Shown here one piece after another: positions 39,821 through 49,713 of a stretch of 64,000 nt of DNA. Every line of letters starts with the position of its first letter. Position 1 is the first letter of the stretch. The notes below the pieces were generated by a model. That model was not told the DNA's origin and ran no database searches. It worked only from the letters and a program-made list of their open reading frames with translations. This stretch comes from Bdellovibrionales bacterium (GTDB taxonomy: Bacteria; Bdellovibrionota; Bdellovibrionia; Bdellovibrionales; JAGQZY01), in the NCBI GenBank assembly GCA_964230645.1, contig CAXRHT010000002.1:32001-96000 (forward strand), given 5' to 3'. A program made the translations under genes and the position numbers.

Positions 39821-41479
39821 ATGTCGAGTGTGAATAATGATTCTGATGCCCAGTCCATTCGGGACTATTACAAAGAAAGGGAGCAGAGATTAAAGCAGCA
39901 GCATCAAAACGAAATCAAACGGATGCAAAAAGCACATTCGAGTGAAGTGGAATCGGTTAAAGATAACGCCAACGAACGAATCAATCGTGCGGGTGAAGAA
40001 ACGCAAGCCACGATTGAGCGTCGAGACATGAGACATCAAAAAGAAATCAATCGAATGCGTGAGGCTCATGCTCAGCAAAGAAAGCAGCAGAGCTTGCAGC
40101 GCATGAGAGAAGAAAGTCATATTCGTGATACCTACGAAGATCAAATTCAACAGAATGAAAAATCGCACAAGGCCCAAATTCAAAACATCCGTGAAAATAA
40201 CAGGCAAACTCTTGAAGGTAATGACTCTTCAACCGCTGAGACTCTCAGAGCCTATCAGCAAAGAGCCGAGGAGTCTTCGCAGTCTTCGAGGCGGCGTCTG
40301 AATCGCCAACACCAGATTGAGAAAAAAGAACAGCAAGAACGTCACCGTGAGGAAATGACCAATCTTATTCATAAAAATGAGGGCATGAAGCACGGCAAAG
40401 ATCAGGAGATCGCAAGGCTTAAGCAAAAGCATCAAAACGAAATGGCTTCAATGCAGCGTCGTCATGAAATGCAAGTTGAAGAACTTAAATACACCAATGC
40501 TGAGACTCTAGAAAATATGCGTGAAGTTCATGAGAACGAAGTGGATAAAGTGCAAGAGCGTTACAATCAGGCTCTCAAAAGAGAGCAAGAGCAAATGACT
40601 CAGACTCGCGAGAAGCTTTATTCTCAGACAGGAAAGATTCAAGAGGAAAGAGATCAACTCAATCAAAAGATTCGTCTTCTAAAGGAAGACAATGTTCGGG
40701 ATTTAGACGAGGCGAACCGGCAGAAGAGGCGCGAGCTTGATAATTTAAGGCGAGCCGACAAAAGAGCCTATGATGCCTTAGTTGAAGAAAGACGGGGGAT
40801 GGTTAAAGAGTTTAACCGCATTCACGGCGATGAAATTAAAATGGCTCATCATAATGCCGATGAACGCATTGAAGCCAATTACAACTACTTGCAGAAAAAA
40901 GTGGAAGAAGAAAATCAACATCACAATAATGAGCTCACTCGTCAGCGCGAAAATCTAATCACTGAAAATAACGATAAGATTGAAAAAAACAAACTCCATA
41001 TGGAGCAGGTTCAAGATAGCTACGCTGTGGATCGGAAAAAGTTGATGGCCACCCATCAAATGGAAAAACAAAGGCTTAAGGATCGATACTCTCAGAATAT
41101 CGATGAGACTCGCCACCAAGACAGTGTGAAAAGGGATAACCTTCGCACTCAGTTTGAACAGAAAATCTCTGAAATGGATTTGAAGCATCAAAAAGAGCTT
41201 AACGAGCAAAGAAACGACTACGAGAAAAAGCTTGTGGATTTAAAAAACAGGCAGCAAGAGCGTATCGTAAAGATGCAGGCTCACAATGAGCGCGTACAAA
41301 TGGAGCGTGAAAAAGCTCATAAAATGAGTATGACTCACAAAGAGGCCAAATACGAACACAGGCTTAAGAATATACAGGCTCAGCATGAGGAGCAGCTTCG
41401 CCTCAGAGATCAACGCTATCGCGAAAATTTGGCGGATTTGATCCGTGAGGGGCAGAGAATTGAGGCCCAAAAGTCCTAG
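39821..41479 (+). CDS. Proline-free hendecad coiled-coil protein
   Basis: GGAGG SD supports ATG 39821; no Pro/Trp/Cys; H/Y/F recurs every 11 residues. Confidence 0.85.
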   Translation: MSSVNNDSDAQSIRDYYKEREQRLKQQHQNEIKRMQKAHSSEVESVKDNANERINRAGEETQATIERRDMRHQKEINRMREAHAQQRKQQSLQRMREESHIRDTYEDQIQQNEKSHKAQIQNIRENNRQTLEGNDSSTAETLRAYQQRAEESSQSSRRRLNRQHQIEKKEQQERHREEMTNLIHKNEGMKHGKDQEIARLKQKHQNEMASMQRRHEMQVEELKYTNAETLENMREVHENEVDKVQERYNQALKREQEQMTQTREKLYSQTGKIQEERDQLNQKIRLLKEDNVRDLDEANRQKRRELDNLRRADKRAYDALVEERRGMVKEFNRIHGDEIKMAHHNADERIEANYNYLQKKVEEENQHHNNELTRQRENLITENNDKIEKNKLHMEQVQDSYAVDRKKLMATHQMEKQRLKDRYSQNIDETRHQDSVKRDNLRTQFEQKISEMDLKHQKELNEQRNDYEKKLVDLKNRQQERIVKMQAHNERVQMEREKAHKMSMTHKEAKYEHRLKNIQAQHEEQLRLRDQRYRENLADLIREGQRIEAQKS

Positions 41480-41606
41480 ATTCTGCTACTGTGGCAAATA
41501 CCCAAAGGACTGTTAAGTCTATTAACGATTCTTTTTGTAGAGATTTCAGAAAAGAAAGATTTTTTAAGACCGATGAGAGCTCTAACTACCCAATAGTACT
41601 GCTTTT

Positions 41607-41665
41607 TTAACACAATCTTAGCAAATCCTAACAATACTCTAACATTCTAAAATTCGGAATTCACA
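41607..41665 (+). promoter_or_regulatory. Putative Pho-box-like direct repeats
   Basis: TTAACA 41607, TTAGCA 41618, CTAACA 41628, CTAACA 41639, TTCACA 41660, upstream of a Na/Pi transporter. Confidence 0.5.
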
Positions 41666-41704
41666 TAGACTACAGGTATTCAAATGAAAGGAATCTGAGC
41701 GTTT

Positions 41705-42847
41705 ATGGAAAAGGTCCTCAATCAAGTTCATAGCCAGTCTAAATCACGTGAGTTGGTGGCTCGAATTTTTTCCGCAGTTGTACTTCTATATTTCTTTTTA
41801 ATTGGAGTTAAGGCTCTCTCTACAGGATTGCAAATGATGGGAGACGATTTCGCTCGGTCCCTCTTTGATGTTACTTCAAATCCCATCTCCGCTTTAATGG
41901 CTGGAATGCTGGCTACAGTTTTATTTCAAAGCTCGTCTGTGACAACTTCGATTATTGTAGGTTTAGTAGCTGCGGGCACTCTCAGTGTGGGTGGGGCTGT
42001 TCCTATGGTTATGGGAGCCAACCTTGGAACGTCTGTGACAAACACTCTTGTCTCTTTGGGTTATGTGCGAAACAAAGCTCACTTTAAAAGAGCTTTTGCC
42101 GCTGCTACAGTTCATGATTTCTTCAATATTTTATCGGTCGCTATTCTCCTACCTTTAGAAATTGCCTTTGGAACGATCGAAAAAATGTCAACGGCACTGG
42201 CTTCCATTTTATATGGGACGGGAGCGGGCGGTAGTTTTTCTAGTCCCATTAAAGCGGCCATTAAGCCGGCCGTTCATGCCTTGGAGTCGCTCTCTTTGAG
42301 TTTTTTCGCTGAGAAAGCTGCTGCCGTTTTTATGCTTATCGTGGCAGGAGTTATTATTGTTTCTGCTTTAACCTTAATTGTTAAAGTGATGGGTAAAATT
42401 GTGGCTCAACAAGAAGGACATTTACTCGATAAGGTTTTTTCGAAGAACGCCTATGCGGCCATGGTCTTTGGTGTGATCGCGACGATCTGTGCTCAAAGTA
42501 GCTCGATCACCACAGCCCTTCTTGTGCCCCTAGCTGGAAGTGGTCTTCTAACCGTAAACTCAGTCTATCCCGTTACCGTTGGAGCTAACATAGGGACAAC
42601 AGCCACGGCTCTACTAGCTGCTATGACTGGGAATATGGCAGGACTTGCGATCGCCCTTGTCCACTTAATTTTTAATCTCATTGGAACTCTGATGTTCTTC
42701 GTCGTTCCTTTTACAAGAGCCCTTCCGATAGCTCTGGCAGAAAAACTAGCGAACTCCATAGAGAAAACTAAGTTTATAGGCCTTGGCTATGTGGCTTCTG
42801 TTTTCTTCATTCTACCGATCTCCATGATCTACCTCATGAAACTTTAA
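41705..42847 (+). CDS. nptA: Na+/phosphate cotransporter (NptA/PnaS family)
   Basis: Two inverted repeats QSSSVTTS...MGANLGTSVTN and QSSSITT...GANIGTT; AFAAATVHDFFN. Confidence 0.93.
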   Translation: MEKVLNQVHSQSKSRELVARIFSAVVLLYFFLIGVKALSTGLQMMGDDFARSLFDVTSNPISALMAGMLATVLFQSSSVTTSIIVGLVAAGTLSVGGAVPMVMGANLGTSVTNTLVSLGYVRNKAHFKRAFAAATVHDFFNILSVAILLPLEIAFGTIEKMSTALASILYGTGAGGSFSSPIKAAIKPAVHALESLSLSFFAEKAAAVFMLIVAGVIIVSALTLIVKVMGKIVAQQEGHLLDKVFSKNAYAAMVFGVIATICAQSSSITTALLVPLAGSGLLTVNSVYPVTVGANIGTTATALLAAMTGNMAGLAIALVHLIFNLIGTLMFFVVPFTRALPIALAEKLANSIEKTKFIGLGYVASVFFILPISMIYLMKL

Positions 42848-43144
42848 AGCGAAGTAAAAGGCCTTGTTCTATATTGTCGTCTTAAGCATAGCGAAGGAAA
42901 AGTTTCATATCGTTCTCCCGAGCGTAGCGAAGTAAGAGTCCTTGTTCCACATTGTCGTCCTGAGGCGAAGCCGAAGGACCTGATTGCGTGGACTCTGTTT
43001 GATAGTTTAAGGTCAGTGGCGATAGATTCTTCGCTTCGCTCAGAATGACAGTGTAGGATTCTTCCCTCAGAATGACAGTGTAAGGCTCTTCGCTCAGAAT
43101 GACAGTGTAAGACTCTTCCCTCAGAATGACAGTGTAAGATTCTT
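42848..43144. repeat. REP-like cluster 3: degenerate left copies, arm A, 42-bp linker, arm B, 27-bp tandem units
   Basis: Arm A 42953-42981; arm B 43024-43050; GTGTARGRYTCTTCSCTCAGAATGACA at 43051, 43078, 43105, partial 43132; 78-bp-spaced duplicate at 42848/42926. Confidence 0.95.
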
Positions 43145-43385
43145 GAATAAAAGTTTGCTTAAGAAACAATCAATAAATTCCGCCCCAAGTGATTTAAAAA
43201 AGTATTTAGTTTTAGATATTTATAAGTCTTCCTTCAGAGTCCTAACCAAATACCAATAAAACTTAAACCAATTCAAAACTCCCAACAATCCAATCTTGAT
43301 TTTACTCTATGGGTGTCTGTGATTAAAAAGACCTCGAACCCAATAACAAATCACTTCACAAGATTGTGAAGCTTGAGGAGGAATA

Positions 43386-44810
43386 ATGTTAAAGAAGATC
43401 GCATTAATCACTTTAATGGTTCTTGGTCAGGCGGGACTCGCTGAAGCTTGTCCATCGGGACTGAGAGCATTTAATAAAGAGCTTGGTGGTAAGAAGACCT
43501 GTGTTCTTGAGGGAACCTACGTAGGAACTTTGGAGCTTACTAGTGGATTCAACTACATCATGTATGGTGCAGTGTGGATCGGAAGCGAAGAGCGAGATAA
43601 CACAACAACTGACTTATTAAAGCCTATTGAAGCTGGAAAGCTTGTGGTTAACCCAGGTGTTACTATTTACGCCTTGAACCCAGTGGACGATCAAACAGGC
43701 GTTTGGTCTGGATTTGCTGATGAAAACGGAGAGCTCATCTCTGACAAAGCTAACAAAGACATTAAAACTTTCCTATCTGTGACTCGTGACTCTCAGATTG
43801 AGGTCAAAGGGACTCAAAGTGCTCCCGTATTAATGACTTCTGCTCAAGGGGCTCACCAAGCTAAACCTAGTTTTCCTAAACAACCCGGAGACTGGGGTGG
43901 ACTTGTTATCAACGGAAAAGGGAAATCTAACAAATGTAGAACATTTGCTGATTGCACCATTCCTGGTGAAGCCGGAACCGGTTGGTACGGCGGGAATGAT
44001 AACGATCATAACGCTGGTATCCTCCAGTACCTCCAAGTTGAGTACGGTGGAGACCGCATCGATGATGAAAAAGAGCTTAATGGTGTGACTTTCAACGCCG
44101 TAGGCCTTGGAACTGTTATCGACAATGTGGCTGTTCTTTATAACAGTGACGACTGTATTGAGTTCTTCGGTGGAACAGCGACTGGTAAAAATATCTTTTG
44201 CTATAAAGGCGAGGACGATGGAGTCGACACGACTGATGGTGCCCGAATCTTTTTACAAAATGGTGTTGTTGTCGCACTTCCTTTTGAAGGGGCTGCCGAA
44301 GATAACGACCGTCATATGCTAGAGGCCGATTCCTCTAAGTCTGAAGACAATAACAAAAAGCTTCGCTCTCACCCCGTTCTTGTAAACTTCACTTTCGTAG
44401 GTGGAAAGAACACCCAAGGAATGAAGCTTCGTCGTGGGACTGATTACACTCTTAAAAACTCCATCATGTTTAATGTCGACACTTTTTGTCTAAACCCTGA
44501 TGGTTCTAACGAGCTTATTTTTGCTAGCAACGTTTTTGCTGGATGTGATTCAAGTGACCCTGTTCAACAGTTTACTGGAATCATGGCCATGTCTGTTGGT
44601 GAGATGGGAGTGAACGCTGGGAAAGCTTGGTTGATTGAAGAAAACTCTCCTCTAATGAGTGGAGCTGAAATGATCGACATTTTCTTCCCTGGTGATGATG
44701 AAGAAAGTCTGTTGATTGATGAAGCCTTCTACGATGTTTACGACCCTGTAGACTACCGTGGAGCTATTGGTCAAAACGACTGGACAAGCTGGATTCAAAC
44801 TAGAGATTAA
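43386..44810 (+). CDS. Secreted acidic protein, probable right-handed beta-helix, of a family typically adjacent to TonB-dependent receptors
   Basis: GAGGAGG SD; signal peptide; GDWGGLVING, YGG.D..HN.G.L.Y..VEYGG, ELNG.T...VG.GT, DD.IEFFGG, DDG.D. Confidence 0.8.
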   Translation: MLKKIALITLMVLGQAGLAEACPSGLRAFNKELGGKKTCVLEGTYVGTLELTSGFNYIMYGAVWIGSEERDNTTTDLLKPIEAGKLVVNPGVTIYALNPVDDQTGVWSGFADENGELISDKANKDIKTFLSVTRDSQIEVKGTQSAPVLMTSAQGAHQAKPSFPKQPGDWGGLVINGKGKSNKCRTFADCTIPGEAGTGWYGGNDNDHNAGILQYLQVEYGGDRIDDEKELNGVTFNAVGLGTVIDNVAVLYNSDDCIEFFGGTATGKNIFCYKGEDDGVDTTDGARIFLQNGVVVALPFEGAAEDNDRHMLEADSSKSEDNNKKLRSHPVLVNFTFVGGKNTQGMKLRRGTDYTLKNSIMFNVDTFCLNPDGSNELIFASNVFAGCDSSDPVQQFTGIMAMSVGEMGVNAGKAWLIEENSPLMSGAEMIDIFFPGDDEESLLIDEAFYDVYDPVDYRGAIGQNDWTSWIQTRD

Positions 44811-44845
44811 TATCAAAGGTTTGATTCAAAACTAAAAAAAATCGG

Positions 44846-44875
44846 TCGGGAAAGTCTTTAAAAAGGCTTTTCCGA
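44846..44875 (+). other. Intergenic stem-loop without U-tract
   Basis: TCGGGAAAGTCTTT-AA-AAAGGCTTTTCCGA directly after the 474-aa gene. Confidence 0.6.
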
Positions 44876-44898
44876 TTCGACGTTGAAATGAGGAATTT

Positions 44899-45633
44899 AT
44901 GTTTTTTAATTTTATTAGCACCTTAATTTTTTGTAACACTTTGTTCGCCTCACCAACAACTCAAGAGCTATCGGCAAAAGTCATCGAGCTTCGAAAAGAG
45001 GTCGAGTTACTCAATGACGAGTACAAAACGGAGCGGGAAAAAGTTTTAAGTGAAATTAAGGCACTGAGCGTACAAAAAGCAGAATTAGCCTCAAATATTC
45101 GTAACGAAGAAATTCGCAAAAAGCAGTTTAACGATAAGATTGCACAGTTAAGAAAAGAGATTGAAACTTCCTCAGTGGAGTCCGATGATTTGGATCCTGT
45201 GGTTCAGAAAGCTTTAACAGAGCTTGAGAATTGGATTTCAAAATCTCTCCCTTTTAAAAGGCAGGAGCGTCTTGATTCGGTTGCCACCCTAAGAAAACGA
45301 TTAGAAAAAAATGAAATAACCCCGATGAAAGCGGCCAATCAGATTTGGGCCTTGATTGAGGATGAGAAGCGCCTTGCACGAGAAACAAGTCTTCATAAGC
45401 AAACGATTCCTCTTAATGGTGAAATGCATCTAAGTGAAGTCGTAAAAGTGGGAATGATGTTTCTTTATTTTAAAACTGACCAGGGAAAAATCGGAATGGC
45501 GGTCAAAGAAAATGAAGAATGGATCTATAAGACTTTTGAAAGCGAAAGTAAGCAAAGCAAAACAGTGGCTTTTTTCGAGTCTTTAAAAAAGCAGATTCGC
45601 CAAGGTTCTTTTGAAATCCCAACGGAAATATGA
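44899..45633 (+). CDS. DUF3450 family periplasmic protein (TtpB-like)
   Basis: Signal peptide, coiled coil, LPFK..ER, ..G...LY..T; first gene of the TonB cluster. Confidence 0.85.
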   Translation: MFFNFISTLIFCNTLFASPTTQELSAKVIELRKEVELLNDEYKTEREKVLSEIKALSVQKAELASNIRNEEIRKKQFNDKIAQLRKEIETSSVESDDLDPVVQKALTELENWISKSLPFKRQERLDSVATLRKRLEKNEITPMKAANQIWALIEDEKRLARETSLHKQTIPLNGEMHLSEVVKVGMMFLYFKTDQGKIGMAVKENEEWIYKTFESESKQSKTVAFFESLKKQIRQGSFEIPTEI

Positions 45634-46973
45634 GGTTTAAAATGAAATTAATTCGTAACATAATACTTCTATGTTTAGTCAGTGGATCTCTTTTCGCTGA
45701 GGATAAAAAGAAAGTTCCGAAAGTGGACGAACTCACCGAGGCTTATCAGAGGGAAATTCTTTTTCTTTCCAGTTACAAAAAAGAGCTGGTTGAGAAAAAG
45801 GAGGCCATGCAAGCTAGTCTTGGTAGAAAAGTCAAAGAGGCCACTGCAGAGCTTGATCAAATGGAAACCAAATGGCTCAAAATGCAGGCTTCTAACGAAA
45901 TCCTTATGCAAAGATTAGGGGATATAGAAAGAGACTTTGAAAATAGAGAAGAAAATAGAGAACTTCTTCAAACCACTCTTAAGCAGGCGGAACTTTCTGA
46001 AGGCGAGAAAAAAGTAGAGGAGCTGGGGCTTCTCGAAAATTTAAAGCTCACCTTTGACCAGGCTCTCGTAAGTCTTAATAACTCCACTGAGGTCACAAGC
46101 CAGCCTGGGAAGTTTTACGATAAGTCAGGACAAGAGCAAGAAGGACAGATCATAGCACTTGGCAGTGTGGCTAAGTTTGCCGACAAAAATGGTAAAGTGG
46201 CCTCCCTTTATCCAAGTGGCGGAGGACATTTCCGGGTTTGGTCTTGGTTGGATGCAAGCTCCGGCGCTCTAAAAAATGGGAAAATCCCTGAGACACTATC
46301 ATTTTTCCTTTATGAAAACCCAGATAAAGAATTCACCGCTCAAAAAGAGAAGACCTGGATGGATACGATGAAGGCCGGAGGCCTGATCGGTTGGGTCATT
46401 CTTGTCATGGGTGTTTTTGCTCTAATTATTTCAGGGGTTCGAATGGCTCTACTTAATAAGGCAGAGCCCAAGAAAACCCAAAATCTCGAAGAAGCACTCA
46501 GTCGTGTGCGTGAGAACGATCTTGATGGGGCTCAACATATTCTTTTGAGCGAAAACAATGCTGTGGGAAGAGTGTTATCAAAAACTCTCAGTTTTCTAAG
46601 ATCCGAGCCTCAAAAAGTCGAGGACGCCATTATGGAGGCGATCCTGAAGGAATCGAAAATCATTGATCGCTTTGGTGTGGTGATTTTAGTGATCGCTTCG
46701 GTCGCACCCTTAATGGGACTTTTAGGAACGGTTACCGGGATGATCTCAACATTCGATATTATCACTCTTTACGGAACGGGAAATCCGAAACTTCTTTCTG
46801 GTGGAATCTCAGAGGCTTTGGTGACAACCATGTTCGGTTTGATTGTTGCAATTCCAGCTCTTCTAATTGGTCAATTCTTGAGTGCGAAAACAGAGGGGAT
46901 CAAATCAGATATGGAAAAGTGGGCCCTTGCCACTTGCAATGCCTTTAAAAATCGAGGGGATAAAGTGTCATGA
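45630..46973 (+). CDS. Large MotA/TolQ/ExbB protein (TtpC-like)
   Basis: Periplasmic coiled-coil N-domain, [37 protein letters not shown]. Confidence 0.9.
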   Translation: MRFKMKLIRNIILLCLVSGSLFAEDKKKVPKVDELTEAYQREILFLSSYKKELVEKKEAMQASLGRKVKEATAELDQMETKWLKMQASNEILMQRLGDIERDFENREENRELLQTTLKQAELSEGEKKVEELGLLENLKLTFDQALVSLNNSTEVTSQPGKFYDKSGQEQEGQIIALGSVAKFADKNGKVASLYPSGGGHFRVWSWLDASSGALKNGKIPETLSFFLYENPDKEFTAQKEKTWMDTMKAGGLIGWVILVMGVFALIISGVRMALLNKAEPKKTQNLEEALSRVRENDLDGAQHILLSENNAVGRVLSKTLSFLRSEPQKVEDAIMEAILKESKIIDRFGVVILVIASVAPLMGLLGTVTGMISTFDIITLYGTGNPKLLSGGISEALVTTMFGLIVAIPALLIGQFLSAKTEGIKSDMEKWALATCNAFKNRGDKVS

Positions 46974-47551
46974 TTCTAAGTTCTTTGTTTGAGGTTTTAC
47001 ATAAAGGCGGGTCTGTGGCCTGGATTCTAGCGGTTCTCTCGGGAGTGCTTTGGTACGCTCTGGGGTATCGCTATCTTTTTCTAAAATCCAAATACGAGGG
47101 ACTTAGTCCTGAGAATGTCATGAATAGAAAACAAATTGATCAGTCAGACCTAATGGGTGCCAGTCTCCAAAAAATCCGCGAGATTTTTATGAGTTCGATG
47201 ACTGATAAAGAAAGTGCATTGCAAGTAGAACTCAAAAAGTTTCAGCAATTCACCTGTAAGCATCGGCAAACGGTGAGAGCCATTGTCGTCGTGGCGCCTT
47301 TATTGGGACTTTTAGGAACGGTGATTGGAATGATTGAAACTTTCGAGTCATTGCAAGATTCCGCTCTTTTTTCTCAGAGTGGTGGGATCGCTGGAGGAAT
47401 TTCCCAGGCCCTTATTACCACTCAAATGGGTCTTGTGGTGGCCATTCCTGGCCTTCTGCTGGGTAAAAAATTGGACCGTAAAGAAGAGTCATTGAATGGA
47501 TTTATTGGAGAAGCTGTGAGTTATGAAAGCCTGAATGCGAGGAAGCTATGA
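46970..47551 (+). CDS. exbB: MotA/TolQ/ExbB proton channel protein
   Basis: [32 protein letters not shown]. Confidence 0.9.
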   Translation: MILSSLFEVLHKGGSVAWILAVLSGVLWYALGYRYLFLKSKYEGLSPENVMNRKQIDQSDLMGASLQKIREIFMSSMTDKESALQVELKKFQQFTCKHRQTVRAIVVVAPLLGLLGTVIGMIETFESLQDSALFSQSGGIAGGISQALITTQMGLVVAIPGLLLGKKLDRKEESLNGFIGEAVSYESLNARKL

Positions 47552-47958
47552 AGTTTATTCAGCGAAAGACAACAAGCCAAGAAGGGGTGGATGTTTCTCC
47601 TCTTATCGATATGGTTTTTATTCTTCTGATCTTTTTTATGGTCTCAACAACCTTTATTAAAGATATGCAAATTGAGCTTAACCGTCCAGGGGCCTCGAGC
47701 AGTAAGCCTGCGAGCACTAAATCTTTAAGAGTCTTTATTGATAACTCGGAAAAGATTTATGTGGATGGACAACAAGTCAGGCCCTGGGTTCTGCAAAGTA
47801 AGATTCGAGAAATGATTTCTAAACAAAAATCCAAATCCATTCTTGTGGTCACAGACCGCAAGGTTTCTGCTGACAAGCTTGTCGACGTGGTCGATCAATG
47901 CCGACTGGCAGGGGTGAAGGATATTGGAGTGGCAACGGAGGCTGAAATTGGGTCCTAA
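47548..47958 (+). CDS. exbD: Biopolymer transport protein ExbD
   Basis: [27 protein letters not shown]. Confidence 0.93.
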   Translation: MKFIQRKTTSQEGVDVSPLIDMVFILLIFFMVSTTFIKDMQIELNRPGASSSKPASTKSLRVFIDNSEKIYVDGQQVRPWVLQSKIREMISKQKSKSILVVTDRKVSADKLVDVVDQCRLAGVKDIGVATEAEIGS

Positions 47959-48574
47959 TCAAAAGCAAGTTAGAACAAAAGCTTTACTCATCGCCTTTTT
48001 TGGTTTTTTTCTTGTAATAGGTCTTCTAAAAGTCATGAATCAGACCTTAGAAAAGGACAAGCAAAAGATCTCCAATCAAGTTCAGTTTGAAACGAAAAAG
48101 GTCAAAAAGAAGAAGCAGCAAAAAATTAAGAAAAAAGAAGTGGCTAAAAAACAAAAAAGCCAAGTGAAGTCTTTAAAACCGAAAATGGATTTAGCTTTTG
48201 CTTCCTCAGGTCTTGATCTTGGAATAGATATTCTTGGGCTTTCAGCGGGAGATTCAAGACTGTTGAGCCAACAAGGCCAATCGGTAATGACAGAAGATGT
48301 TGTCGATCGTTTACCCGAAGTTCAATACCGCGAGCCAGTGCCTTATCCAGAGTCGGCTAAAGAAAAGAATATCACAGGACACGTCACACTCAATATTTTG
48401 ATCAATGAAGATGGTGAGGTGGATCAGGTGAAACTCCTTGATAGCATGCCTGAAGGCATTTTTGATCAGGCGGCCGTGAGTTCTGTCAAAGCTTGGAGTT
48501 TTAGTCCTGCGGAATATAAGGGACGATTTGTGAGTGTTTGGGTGAAGCAAAAGCTTCAGTTTAAGGTGAATTGA
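47948..48574 (+). CDS. tonB: Energy transducer TonB
   Basis: N-terminal TM, Lys-rich linker, YP..A....I.G.V, FD.AA...V..W.F.PA; GGAGG SD supports TTG 47948. Confidence 0.9.
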   Translation: MGPNQKQVRTKALLIAFFGFFLVIGLLKVMNQTLEKDKQKISNQVQFETKKVKKKKQQKIKKKEVAKKQKSQVKSLKPKMDLAFASSGLDLGIDILGLSAGDSRLLSQQGQSVMTEDVVDRLPEVQYREPVPYPESAKEKNITGHVTLNILINEDGEVDQVKLLDSMPEGIFDQAAVSSVKAWSFSPAEYKGRFVSVWVKQKLQFKVN

Positions 48575-49713
48575 TGAAAAGAACTTTTCTTTTGCTTTTA
48601 TTGTTTATTTCTCCCGGTCTTTTAGCACAAGAGGCTGAGGTCGACTATCTGGCATTAGCCAGTCTCCTAGTAAAAGATGGACATTACATCAGGGCCCAGA
48701 AAACCCTAGAGAAGATAAATAAACCAGAAGAGGATAAGAGAGCTTTTTACGAAAGCTTATGGGGTATTATTGAGCTGCAAAAAAAGCAGTACACCAAGGC
48801 CCTTAATCATTTTGATTTAAGTCAACAGCTGGGGATTGAGAGTTCAGAAGAAGTTTCTTTGTATCAAGCAGAAGCAGCCCTGGGTCTTGAGAACTTTCAA
48901 CAGAGCCAAAATTACCTTTCCAGCATTAAGAACAAGGAATTTAAAAAGTTACCCTTTTATTTAATCTCCGCTGAAATTGCCTGGAAGTCGGGAGATAAGA
49001 AAAAAGCCTGGCGGGTTCTTGGAAAAGCTCTTGATCGTAAGTTTTCTAAGCAGGTCATTCAAAAAAAGAAGTTTTACTTTCTCCTTGAAGAAGGGCTTTA
49101 TCAGACGGCAAGCCATGTGGCCCAAAAAATGTTGTCTGACAAAAACAGTTTCAATGATGTTTTGGCTATGGCGAGCCAACTTCGTCAAAGAGGCCAATTT
49201 GATCTCAGCCTTAATCTTTTGCAAACTCTTAAGGTCTTGAGACCCAAACGAGAAATGGTAGCGCTTGAAATGGCTCAAAATTATCTGGCAAAAAAAGAAT
49301 CTTTTTCAGCGGCTTTGATTCTTGAGGAGTCAGCTCGTTTGAATCCGAGTCTAAGCTATGAGGCGGCTGAGCTTTTAAGACAGTTGGGTAAGAGTTACCG
49401 AGCCGAGTTTCTTAATATGTCCACCAGTGATCCTGAGAAAAGGCTTAAGCAAAAGCTTTCACTTTTTCTTGAAGATGATGACTATCATTCTCTTAAATTT
49501 CTTATTCCAGAGCTTAAAAAACATGATCTTCTCGACGATCAAGATATCCGTTATGCAGTGGCGTATTCTTTGTTTCGTACAGGAGACTTTTCAAAATCAG
49601 AGACTCTTTTAAATACCATCGACAAAGAAGGACTCTTCGAGAAATCCATCGAGCTGAAAAAAGAAATTGGAAACTGCAAAGAATCGAAGTGGGCCTGTCG
49701 TGAAACTATTTAG
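48574..49713 (+). CDS. Exported TPR protein (TtpD-like)
   Basis: Signal peptide, helical repeats; position after tonB. Confidence 0.8.
   Translation: MKRTFLLLLLFISPGLLAQEAEVDYLALASLLVKDGHYIRAQKTLEKINKPEEDKRAFYESLWGIIELQKKQYTKALNHFDLSQQLGIESSEEVSLYQAEAALGLENFQQSQNYLSSIKNKEFKKLPFYLISAEIAWKSGDKKKAWRVLGKALDRKFSKQVIQKKKFYFLLEEGLYQTASHVAQKMLSDKNSFNDVLAMASQLRQRGQFDLSLNLLQTLKVLRPKREMVALEMAQNYLAKKESFSAALILEESARLNPSLSYEAAELLRQLGKSYRAEFLNMSTSDPEKRLKQKLSLFLEDDDYHSLKFLIPELKKHDLLDDQDIRYAVAYSLFRTGDFSKSETLLNTIDKEGLFEKSIELKKEIGNCKESKWACRETI

Noticed and set aside
42882..43169. 95-aa ORF with YTVIL(R/S)EE repeats
   Set aside because: It is the translation of the 27-bp tandem and REP arms; openness follows from a period divisible by 3
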